Positions 10,414 to 21,500 of a stretch of 64,000 nt of DNA are shown here, piece by piece. The DNA lies in contig JAEEVS010000010.1 in assembly GCA_016290975.1 (NCBI GenBank), positions 4,481 to 68,480 on the forward strand. Direction: 5' to 3'. Every line of letters starts with the position of its first letter. The stretch's first letter is position 1. The translations under genes were made by a program, and so were the position numbers. The notes under the pieces are model-generated. The model saw only the letters and a program-made list of their open reading frames with translations, was not told the DNA's origin and ran no database searches. The DNA comes from Prevotella sp. (GTDB lineage Bacteria > Bacteroidota > Bacteroidia > Bacteroidales > Bacteroidaceae).

Positions 10414-11469
10414 CTACTGGCGAGGACTTGAATCCTCGAAGAGGGTAACCTTCTCGTCTTTGCGAGAAACCAAACCACCATCGTTACTCAGCATCTTTTC
10501 CACGTCGCTGAGCAGGCGTTTGTATGGTGCGGAGTGGGTGTAGCCTAAGCTTTTCTTCAGCATCTGCGATATGTCACTCTGCGAGTTGTTGTACGCCGAG
10601 AGCTCGTTTTGCATCTGCAGGGCGTGGCATGACTTATGCCTTATGTCCTTCTCTCGCTCGCGTCGCAGTTCGTCGCACACTGTCTGCATGGTAGGCACCA
10701 CCACATTATTAAACAGGTGGTGTCCCTGCACATACATATAGGTGGTCTCAGGTGTCACACCCAGTTGCAGCAGCAGGTCCTTCGTCTTCAGGTAGTCCTC
10801 CTTCTTGCCAGGCAGTTCGCGCTGCAGACTCTGCACCCTCACCCTCACCTTATGTCTCAGTTTGTTCAGTGCGTTAGGCACATCGCTCATCCTGCCGTGC
10901 CTTATGCTCACTATGGTGTTGAAATCCGTTATGGTAAACTTACCGTAGTTGCCCTCTCGGTATAGCATCACGCTCCACACGAAGAGCGGGAACACTATCC
11001 TGCTATACTGCGCCAGGAAGTCAACGAAGTCAAACACCTCATGGTCATTCAGCGTTGACATCACACACACATTATGCAGTCCAGGGGCATAACACTGGTA
11101 GTTCTCTATGGCATACACATAGGTGTGCAGCACGTAGGGGTTGCTCAGCATAAACTTGCTCAGCGTCGTCTCGCCCTGCAACAGGTAATCGTAATCGGCA
11201 TCCACACACGCTATCATGTGTGTGCCCACCTTCTGGTGCATCAGCGACATCAGTGCCTGCTTCTTGCCTCTCTTCAGGTTGCCCCTCGATGGCAGCATCA
11301 CCTCAAAATATCGTGTCTCGTCCTCAAACTCCGACAGCACCATTCTCCAGAACAGCACATCATCATAACTCTCCACGTAAGCCACTATGCGCTTACGTGC
11401 CGACTTGCCCCTCAGCGTGTTAGCTGCCTGAACGTAGTCCGATGTTATGTATGAGTTAAGTTTTGACAA
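10414..11469 (-). CDS. DUF4435 family TOPRIM-like protein (PARIS AriB-like)
   Basis: YVESYDD and DADYD acidic TOPRIM motifs, YAIENY; directly downstream of an AAA/ABC ATPase; TTG start. Confidence 0.8.
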   Translation of the reverse strand: MSKLNSYITSDYVQAANTLRGKSARKRIVAYVESYDDVLFWRMVLSEFEDETRYFEVMLPSRGNLKRGKKQALMSLMHQKVGTHMIACVDADYDYLLQGETTLSKFMLSNPYVLHTYVYAIENYQCYAPGLHNVCVMSTLNDHEVFDFVDFLAQYSRIVFPLFVWSVMLYREGNYGKFTITDFNTIVSIRHGRMSDVPNALNKLRHKVRVRVQSLQRELPGKKEDYLKTKDLLLQLGVTPETTYMYVQGHHLFNNVVVPTMQTVCDELRREREKDIRHKSCHALQMQNELSAYNNSQSDISQMLKKSLGYTHSAPYKRLLSDVEKMLSNDGGLVSRKDEKVTLFEDSSPRQ

Positions 11470-11522
11470 AACTTTGGTTCAAAGCGTTCCCGTTAGCGTT
11501 CCCGTTCCCGTCAGCGTTCCCG

Positions 11523-12293
11523 TTATACTGTAATCTCGCTCACTTCCGTTACTTTATCCATCCATCCGTCCATTATCATGGCAGGCGAATGGGTAGAGAG
11601 GATTATCTGCACATTAGGGTTCATCTTGCGTATAATACTGATGAGCTGCTTCTGCCATTCCACATGCAGACTCACCTCTGGCTCATCCATAAACAGCACA
11701 TAGGGCTCCTCGTTCTCCAGATACACTGCCAGCAGTATCGTCAGCATCTGCTTCTCACCGCTCGACAGCACCTTCAGGTCTATCGGTTCGCCATAGAAGA
11801 GCAACGTAAACTCCTTCTTCTCCCTGTCCACCGTCTTGTGCGTAGCGCTGAAGAGCTTGTCGATGATGTCGTAGAGCAAAGCTCTGCGTTGCTCTACTCT
11901 AACGGGAACGGGAACGTTAACGTTAACCTTTTCCTGGTTGTCTTTTGTACCTTGTCCTTTATCTTGGTTCCCGTTCCAGTTAACGTTCCCATTATACTTC
12001 TCCACCAGCCCTTGCAGGTTCTCGTCATATTCAGAGCGCACGTCTGGGGTGCATATCCAGTTATAGCGTATATACTCGGCATCGCTGGGCTCAGTCACCA
12101 GTCTTATGCCTTGTTTCTCTATCGCATTGATGGTCTTTGCCCCTGTTATGGCACGCCTCAGTATGGTGCTCTTACCGTCGCCGTTCACTCCGCTCAGTAT
12201 GTTCACCTGTGGGTCCAGCGTCCACTTAATGTGCTTTCTGCCACCCCATAGAGCGTCAATCTCAATCTCTTTTATGTAGTCAGCGTACTTCAT
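11523..12293 (-). CDS. ABC-type AAA_15/AAA_21 ATPase (PARIS AriA-like)
   Basis: Walker A GVNGDGKST, signature LSSGEKQ, Walker B MDEPEVSLH, STHSP. Confidence 0.85.
   Translation of the reverse strand: MKYADYIKEIEIDALWGGRKHIKWTLDPQVNILSGVNGDGKSTILRRAITGAKTINAIEKQGIRLVTEPSDAEYIRYNWICTPDVRSEYDENLQGLVEKYNGNVNWNGNQDKGQGTKDNQEKVNVNVPVPVRVEQRRALLYDIIDKLFSATHKTVDREKKEFTLLFYGEPIDLKVLSSGEKQMLTILLAVYLENEEPYVLFMDEPEVSLHVEWQKQLISIIRKMNPNVQIILSTHSPAMIMDGWMDKVTEVSEITV
11901..11993 (-). repeat. In-frame composite hairpin element (AAC-hexamer arms, CAAGATAAAGGACAAGGTACAAAAGACAAC core)
   Basis: 93 bp; closely similar to 36631-36717 in rlmN. Confidence 0.85.
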
Positions 12294-12315
12294 ATACCTT
12301 TCTCTTTTACGAGGA

Positions 12316-12323
12316 CAAAGTTA
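12316..12323 (-). promoter_or_regulatory. Bacteroidetes sigma-A -7 box (TAACTTTG) for the ATPase/DUF4435 pair
   Basis: Matches TAnnTTTG, about 22 nt upstream of the ATG. Confidence 0.55.
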
Positions 12324-12364
12324 GTAATTTTCACGCAAAGATGCAAATTTATTTTCACTTTTCC

Positions 12365-12444
12365 TTCTTGCGCTCCAGTAGGTGTTCTTGCTCTGGCAAG
12401 CGTAGCACCATAGGTGCGTCCGATTACAGGCGAGCAAGCTCGGA
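12365..12444. repeat. ~80-bp dispersed REP/MITE-like element, copy 1
   Basis: Near-identical reverse complement at 55512-55591; partial copies at 2178-2197 and 61275-61293. Confidence 0.85.
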
Positions 12445-12447
12445 ATT

Positions 12448-12524
12448 CTTAGCAAGGGCATGCGGTTACTTAGTAAGGACACGCGGTTACTTAGCAAGGG
12501 CACGCGGTTACTTAGCAACCGCAC
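12448..12524. repeat. 21-bp tandem repeat (CTTAGCAAGGGCACGCGGTTA x ~3.5)
   Basis: Units begin at 12448, 12469, 12490 and 12511. Confidence 0.9.
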
Positions 12525-12540
12525 GAGCCTAAAGCAACAA

Positions 12541-12568
12541 AAAAGGAACCCCGTTTGGAGTTCCTTTT
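12541..12568 (-). terminator. Intrinsic terminator of the giant-protein operon
   Basis: AAAAGGAACCCC-GTTT-GGAGTTCCTTTT hairpin with A/T tails, just past the stop at 12583. Confidence 0.7.
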
Positions 12569-12582
12569 AGTTCCCGTTAACG

Positions 12583-15500
12583 TTATGGTTCTGGTGTCGC
12601 CACCTTCTTCTTACCTACGTTGACGCTGGCATCACCTGTTACCTCGGCTTCATCACCACCGCCATAGACATTGTCACGGATGTCAACACCCAGAACGGTG
12701 TATTTCTTGTAGTAGGTAGTGTCAGCTACCGCTGTGCCTGAAGCTGAAGTATAAGTATCATCGCTCTTGGTGTAGCAATCAGTTGGCAAGGTATCACCAG
12801 CCTTAACCGGTATCTGCTTATAGATGTCCTCACCTACCGTTGTACCGATGTTAACCGTAGTACTACCCTCTACCTTGGCAGCCTTACCTCCACCGAAGAC
12901 ACTGTGGATAGAGCCCATATTACCCTTCACGTGAGAAGGCAGGATGACACTATGTCCGGCAATCTCCTTGGTCTCGCCAGCGTAGTTTGAATAGTACTTT
13001 ATCTGAGCATCCTCTGTATAACTCCTGGTCTGTGCTTCGCTTGTCGGGTCAGCTACCTCATTGATGTTGACAGTAGGACTACCTACCATCAAGGCACCCT
13101 CACCGTAGCCGCCGCCGTATATGTTGCCAATGCTGGTAAACGACTTCACGTTGACTACAGGGTCTTTGTAAAGCTTGTCACCAGACGTCTTTGGTGTGCC
13201 GTCGTCATTATATCCATAGACAGAGTATGCAGCAAGGTTTCCGCCGCCATAGAGCTCACCGATGATGATAGGATAACATCCTGTCTCTTCGATATTGACC
13301 TCTATAGAACCATTGATGTTGCCGCCGATATTGTTGCCACCGAACACACGGTCGAAGCGTCCGCTCTGGATGTTCATCACCACGTTTCCATTGACATCTG
13401 CATTCTTTGCACCGCCATAGAGAGTGCCTAACTTAGAGATACATACAAGGTCAATGCTTGTACCGCCTTCCATGTAAGCCTCGTTACCGGCGCCATACAC
13501 TTCGTCGAGCACCAGAGGGCAACACGGAGCACCACTTCCGTCCTTTGCCTCGTTCAAACTAACGCTGGCAGTCTTCCATATCTTACCTTTAGCATTAGAA
13601 CCGCCATAAGCATCATGTATAAGTCCGCCTTGGAGGTCAACAAAAGTAGTACCCTTTCCATAGGTAGTTGTACCGTCAGCCTTGTAACCCACATTAGCGC
13701 CCGGGTTATCTTCACCAGATGGCAGTTTGTCATTACCGTTACCGCCACCGAAGATTGTACCTATCTCGTATGTACCTTTGACAATCACCTCTGAAGCAGG
13801 AACAGAAGCAGCATTACCGCCGCCATATACAGTATTGATACTTGTGAGGTCACAGCCGTCGATGGTCACTGATGCCTTTGAATTATCATCCGTAGGGATG
13901 TATGCAGCCAGATTACCACCGCCATAGACAGCTTCTACGTCATACTTATCAGAATTCTTGGCAGGCTTAGTACTGATATTGGCATTCTCAGGAGTCTGTG
14001 TAGCATAGACGTGTACTGTTACAGTGCCCTTAGGCGAACCGTTCATATCGTTGCAACCGAATACCTGGTGTACGACAGCACCCTCTGCATCAGATTCAAC
14101 AGTTTCGTTCAGACTAACGGCTATATTGCCACCTGTCGTTCCTGCCTCGCTGATAGGAATCTGCTCTTCTTCAGGAGTGCCCTCAGGATAAGTGATGTCA
14201 TCGACGCTACCCTTACCGCCACCGAACACACTGCCGAAGTAGTAATACTTAGTAGCATCTTCCGAATCAACAACCTTCGTACCTACTGTACCGCCTTTGA
14301 TATTCACCGTTGCATTCTCTGCCACAGCGCCAATCTCACCACCGCCATAGATACTGCTCTTCACAGTTCCACCAGTCATGTTCAGTGTGGTTCCCTTACA
14401 CTTACCGAGTTTTGGCCACAATGGAAGCAATGTTCCATCCAGAGCATAGAGACGTCCCATACCGCCTGTAAACACATTACCACCCTTGGTATATTGCAAA
14501 TGGTTCTGATAGTCAAATGTTGTATTTGGTATCACAGCCTTCTGCTCAGCAGTAGGATTGTAGATGTACTCATTGTCGTTACCGATGGTACCGCCGCTGA
14601 TGTTTATTGTGATGTAACCACGACCATTATTATAATAGGTAGAAGCAGATTCAGTACTTGGGTTAGGATAAGAACCGTCATACTTGTTGTTTGGACGCAA
14701 TATACCATAAGGCTTTATCTTGTGTCCGTCTTCTTCTATCTCTTCATCCACCAGATATAGACCGTAGCCCACTGATGCCAGACGACCGCCACCATAGACA
14801 GAGCCGAGAATTTTACCACTCTCGATGTTCAGTTCCACAGAGCCACCCACGTTACCAGCCGTCAGTGCATCGCCACTGAATCCACGACCTCCGCCGAATA
14901 CGTTACCATCTACGTAAGAGGTACCCAATGTACCAATCGTTGGTCCTTCACCTTCATCCGTGCCGATGTTCACTGTCGTATTTTGGAATACGTGACCATC
15001 CTCTCCGCCGCCAAAGACTGAGCCATAGACCTTTCCGCCCTCAACGGTAACCGTTGCACGATCCACATTCGTCTCCTTATTGAAGAAGATACGCTGGTCA
15101 CCCTTACCTGCACCAAAGACGTAGCACGTAACCGGATGAGCAACTATTTGACTGAACGTACGTGGCACACCGACAGTACCGCCAGTCATCGTAACAGTGG
15201 CAGAGCCCTTCACATTCGTAGCCTCACAACCACCATAAACATTAGTCAAGATATGACCGCCGTCGATAGTTACTGTAGTCGTTCCCTCAACACTTCCTGC
15301 CGTACTCAGATATTTACTGATGCCCTCAGTTGTGTCATAATAAGGAACACAACCCGAGCCACCACCAAACACATTACCATAGTAAGTATGTCCGTCAGAA
15401 GCTTCCAGTCTTCCACCTTCGGTAGATTCTCCGCTAGGGTATTTATCCAAGTCGCCCGTTGCATTAGCGTAAAGGTCATGTGGTGCGTATGGTGCTTCGT

Positions 15501-18500
15501 ATGGCCAGCTTGCGCATTCCAAATCATCTGATGGAACATAGTCGTCACCCCATACTTCAGCTCCGTATGGCGCAGTGACATTTTTTCCACATCCTATCTG
15601 TCCGCCAGAGATGTTCACCTCAGTATCACCTAACACGTGTCCGCTCTCGCTACCGCCATAGGCAGAACCTGTTAGGAATGCCGTGCCGCTGATATTCAAT
15701 ATCGCCTTATTGAAGTATGCACAAGTCTCCAAATTAGGATATTGGACAGGATCATGCATCTCACCACGACCGGCACCAAACACATGACCATAGTCATCAG
15801 GACCGCCCTTACCATATCCAGCCATCTTGGCACCGGCAACACCTATCTGACCTCCGCTGACAGTAACGGTACAAGTGCCAGTACCCTCTGCACATGAGAT
15901 TGGCTTGCCGACAGGCACTTCAGGATGCGCTGTATGATAAGTCGCATCAGCAAGGGTGTATGTGCCCACTGACCCCATAGCACCACCGCCATAGACGTTG
16001 TGCACCACGTGACCGCCGTCAATCTGTACGGTTGTATTACCACGCACTATACCAGCGTTAAAGTCAAAGTATGTCTTTTCTACTTCACTTACGGTCTTTT
16101 TGTAGGTGTCAGTACCGCAACCAGAACCATATACGTTACCACGAGAAGGGTAACGGGCTCCTGAGTAGGTAATATCATCAGAAGGGTCATCAGGCGTACC
16201 GCCATCATCGGTAATTGGAGAGCCCTCTGCTATACCGATAGTACCACTATGTATAGTCACCAATGCATCTTTGAAGTTGTGACCGTTCTCGCCACCGCCA
16301 TATACAGAACCCTTAATCCAAGGATTTGTGTTATCTTCTGCGGAAGTGGTTCCGATAACCACGTTCGTATTGCCAACCCATGCCATCTTATCGACAAGCG
16401 GATTTGATTCTGGATCGCCTTCTGAACCACGTGAAGAACCGAATACCATACCATTATTCTTACCGTCACTACCGAATGTTCCACCAGTGATGGTCACGTT
16501 AGCCATGCCTGTATTATCCGCAAGAGTAGTAGTTCCAGTTGATGGGTTATAAGTAAATGTACCGACAGAGCCGAATGCGCCACCACCATATACATTATGA
16601 AGAATCTTTGTTGTTTCTGCAGTACCGCTGATGGTTACGTTGGTATTACCCTTCACCATACCTGCATTGACATCATCTTCCTTACCTTTACCGCCACCAT
16701 AGACGTTGCCCCATGTAGCACCGCCCTCGCCTTCTGTTCCGATAATACCGCCATTAACATTTACTTCTGTGTCATTATTCACAGCAGATTCTTCACCACC
16801 GCCATAGACGCTCTCGCCCACAGTGGTTGTGCCATTAATATTCAGAGTCACCTTTCCTGTTACTGCGCCGAGACCATCCAGATTCTCTGTTGTATAGAGG
16901 ATGTGATTTGTTTTGTCGATGCTTATTGCATCACCATGCTGCCATTTATATGTGGTAGTTGCACCTTTCACGCCTGTACGGTATGTACCATAGTCTGTAT
17001 AGTAAAGTGGAGTAGTCCTAAAGCCTATACTGTCAACCTCTACTGTAGGGAGCGAAGCAGAATATCCTGCACCGAACACATTGCCCTTGACTGTACAACC
17101 TGTCAGTGTAGAAGTGGCAGGGCCCTCAACCTTACCCAAACTACCGCCACCATAGAAGTTGCCCGTTATGGTACAGTCTGTCAGAGTAGACGTTACATTA
17201 CGTGTAGTAGCGAGTGAGAACAAAACATGTTCCACAAACAGACGTGCCACGTTTGTTTTATTGTCAGACATTGGAATAAACTGATAGCTGAATTGGGTAG
17301 AAATTCCTGGGAATCCCGATGCAGATGCTTGCGTGTATTGTTCACTTACCCAATTATTCCAATTTGTATTTACAACACCACTTTTGTTATTCGGTGCACG
17401 ACGGCTATAAGAACTACCACCAAAGCCTGCACCAAAGAATGTACCAAACTCACAACCTGTCGCAGTGGTGGTTACGGTCTTACCTTCATTCATATCACCA
17501 AACTTCGGTCCACCGCAGAACAAGTCTATCTTACCACCAGTAATGGTTGTTGTGATGTTACCTTCTACACGGTGATTAGAATCAGCATTGAAACCACCTC
17601 CATAGAATTCCTTGATATCAGCATTCTGTATCTGCCAGGTAACATTACCAGTATTATCTCCACCACCAGATGTGCCTATACCCTCCATAGCCGCACCAGC
17701 TACAACGCCAAAGCGTCCGCCATTTATATAACATTCTGCATTATCAGCATAACTGGTTACGTCGGCACGATACATACCCGTGAGGTAGAACTTATCAAAA
17801 TCACCACCTGTTACAGATATTGGTGTATGGTTTGTATTTCCTGTGTTATCCTGGTGCGTACCTCTATGGAATTCCTTAAACCATACATTACCTCCAACAT
17901 GGAAATATGTAGTATTCTTGGGATCTGTATCACCATTATTCTGTCCTGTTACCCACTGCTCCATTACACCACCTTGTAAAATATATGGTGCTGCTATAGT
18001 ATGACTACTATTCCTTGAATACTCAAACTGAGTAACTCGGAACAGTGAAGTGTTAGTTGATTCAAACCACCCTTTCGGTACTACGATACCAAGATTATAA
18101 GAACCTGTGCCACCTGTGGATTTCTGTGCCATACCCAAACCTGGTATGTTAATGAAATCCCACTTTACAGGATGCCACTCGTCTCGTCCGTTATTACGTA
18201 GCATAAGAGAATAGTCAGGCTCGTCATCACCGTCTAAGTCAACCGAAGTAACGGTATATGGTTGTGTCCCACTAACATGGGTAGTAGTATAAAAATGAAA
18301 ATTACCAACCAATACCACAGCATAGTCATTGACTGTATGCAAGGTGTTAGGAGCGAGAGCAGTTACCGCATTGGATAAAGATGTATAAACCACCTGATTA
18401 TTGCCTGCTATTGAGTATTGGCTACCATTAGTATAAATATTTCCACCACCAACATTAGGAACCTGATAGGCAGTTTCCATATTTGTATTATAAACTACAT

Positions 18501-21500
18501 CAGCATTTGCGTCAGCCAGATAGACCGCCTTTGCCCAATAAGGCTCAATAGTGATTGCTGTCACACCCTCTGGCACGTCCCAGTAAGCACCCTGTGAGAA
18601 CACACGACCACTAACGCTGTACTTATCTTTATTGGTGCAGTTACGGTCAGCGAAGTTATATGCTGGAGCATCCGTACCTGTAGTGAAAGAACCTGGTGTT
18701 CCTCCAGTGATGCTAACAATCTTCCAGCCTGTTACTACACGGTTATGAGTATAGTTCTTAGTACCTACTTCATTATAATAAGGTAATTGTACCTTGTAGT
18801 AGTTGAAGTTAAAGTGCTCTGGGTCTTTGTCAGTAATATTCAGCGTCAATGAAGGATAAACTATTTCGGCACCATCAGGTTTAGCGAATTGAGCACCATT
18901 ACCCATTTGTATATTAACAGTCAGTGTACCCATCTTACCACCCTTGTTGCGCTCGGTAGTGGTCGTTGCATTCTCTGCATCAATATTCACTACTGATGGG
19001 TAGTAACCTGGCTTAGCCAATACTGGGTAAGGAGTAGATGAACCTATCTGTGAAGGCAACAGTACCCACTTGGCCATTTCATCCTTCCTTGCTCTGTCTC
19101 CTGTAGCCCACCATGCAGCGAGTTCACGATGGCTGTTCTGCAAATTGCGGAAGAACTCGAAACGCTGCAAGAAGCGTGTCTCTGCCATCAGGGCTCCATT
19201 AGATGTCTGCATATCCTGAGCCACCACATAAGGAGCCTCGGCATAGAAATAGTTGTAGTTGCCAACGCCTGTAGCATCCTTATTAACGATATTCACACCG
19301 TTATATATTGGTGCCTTATTATTTGAACCCGTTATATTACCATAATACATACAGTTCATCACCATCGTCTCAAGGTAACTGCTGGAAGTTGCCACATTAT
19401 TGTGACCAACGATACCACCTACTTCTGCACCTCCAGTGATGTCAGCATAACTGTAGCAGTTGATGACACGAGATGAACCGTCAAGCAGACCTACGATACT
19501 GCCGACGTAGTTTGAACCGCTAACGCTACTACTGCAACTACTGATATGAGTGTAACCGTTTTCGTCAGTTCTCACAGTGCTGTTAGTGGCAAGTATGCCA
19601 CAGTTGTATATACGTGTGGCTCCTGTAGCCTCATTACATATAGCACCTACATTAGTACCTCCGCTGATAGACACATTATCAAGTATCAGGTTACGGATTA
19701 CAGCACCATTAGCGTATGCCACGAGTGGTGTGTTTAAGCCGCTGTAAGTGTTATACTGTCCGTCTATCACACCAGTGAATGGTGCCTCTGATGTACCAAG
19801 AGAGGTGAATCCTGCAAATGTAAAGTCAGAAGCAAGAACATAGTGACCATTCATGTCAGTTATCTCAGAGCGACTATGTATCTCCGTAGCAGCATCCTTA
19901 TGTTCTATCCATAAGGTCTGCACGTCATTACCCTTGTCGCCTGCAGTTGCAGCTGCTTTTTGTTCTGCAAGCACTGTGAATGGGTTGTTATCGCCATCAA
20001 TTTCAGCCACCTTAGTATTGTCGAAACGTGGCATCAGGCGCATATTACCATTAGCATCACTTACCACCATGAATGTAGCATCGGTGATATTAAGCGTCGT
20101 CTGGTCGTGACCTATGGCATGCTGCTTAACGTTGAGGTTCTGCAGGGTTACCTGACTTGATGTACCTGTCCACACACCGCTCTTAAGTGCAATTGCAGAA
20201 GAGTTGGCTGTAAAGTAACGCTTAGTGTTATACACACTTTGTATCTGAACGTTGTAAGGGTCGAAACCGTTCTTGCCAGCGAGGTAATAGTCCTGCTCTG
20301 TTGCGTCCTTTGTCTTTGCCTCATCGTGAGCACCTGTCTCACCCTCATAGAGGTAACCCATCTCCCTATCTATATCGAAGTTAGGTCTCAGGAACCACAA
20401 CATATCGTCTGGCGCATCTTCAATGCTTGCAGGAGCATCAGCGCCTTCAATGATTGAGCCAGAGGTCTTGGCATATTTACCTCCCTGCTTCAACAGGAAG
20501 GCTGTAGGTATTGTAGCAGCAGCCGTTGCAGCTCCTGTGTAAGTGGAAGTATAAGCAGGTTTTACTGTGTAGGTGACATAGAAGTCGTTACCCTCCTTAG
20601 CACCTGTTGGCACAGTCGCAAGCGAAGTGCTGGTATGATAAGGTGTACCTATTACCGAGTACTTATGGTAGCCTGTCGTTTTCACCGATGCAGAGTACCA
20701 CTTATACTGCTCAACCATAGGGCTGTTATAAGTACGCAATACATCTGTCTTAGATACTGGCACACGCATAACCTCCCATCCGTGATTGTCCATAAGGATT
20801 ACCAGTGGCTCAAGGCTTACTTCCTCGAACACGAAGTTGCCAGAACCCATACTGATGGTCTGGAAAGCATGCTCTTCATTCAGGTATTGCTTATTAGTCT
20901 TTGTAGTACCAGACTCATTGTTTATCCATGGAGCAGAATATGCCCATGCTGTATAAACATGCCAGCCTTCTTCCGCTATCTCTGTCTTCTGCGCAGATGT
21001 AAGTGTCACGTTACGTCCTTCTGTCGTCACCTTATTAGCCTCCGACAATATTCCCTGCACCGTAGGTCTGTTCTTCCAATATTGCTCAAAGGTGTTGACG
21101 GTACGACGCTCATTGCTTGTTCCATCATCAATAGGATTGAGCGTAACGAGACGAGTCTGGTGAGCTGTACCCACAATCATATATTCTGTGGCAAGATTGG
21201 TATAAGGGTCGTCACCATAATTACCTCCATTAGTAAGAGGATTGCTGTTGATTACGCTTGTCACAACATTAGCATATCCTTCTGGCTTATATGTGCGCAG
21301 ATAAGAATGGTATCTACCTAACTCATTACCATCTTCATCTTTAAAAATATGATCTTGATAAGATACTATATTTACATGATATGGGTCGAGTTCATCCTTT
21401 GATGCAGGATTGTTAGCTGGCACTATATACCACAGCCAGCGAGAACGTGTGCTGGCACCTTTTGACAACTGCGTTTGCCATTGCTCTACACCATACACAT

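Noticed and set aside
12321-12532. Small ORFs 12321-12524 and 12341-12532
   Set aside because: They are translations of the 21-bp repeat and the 80-bp element, with no coding evidence.
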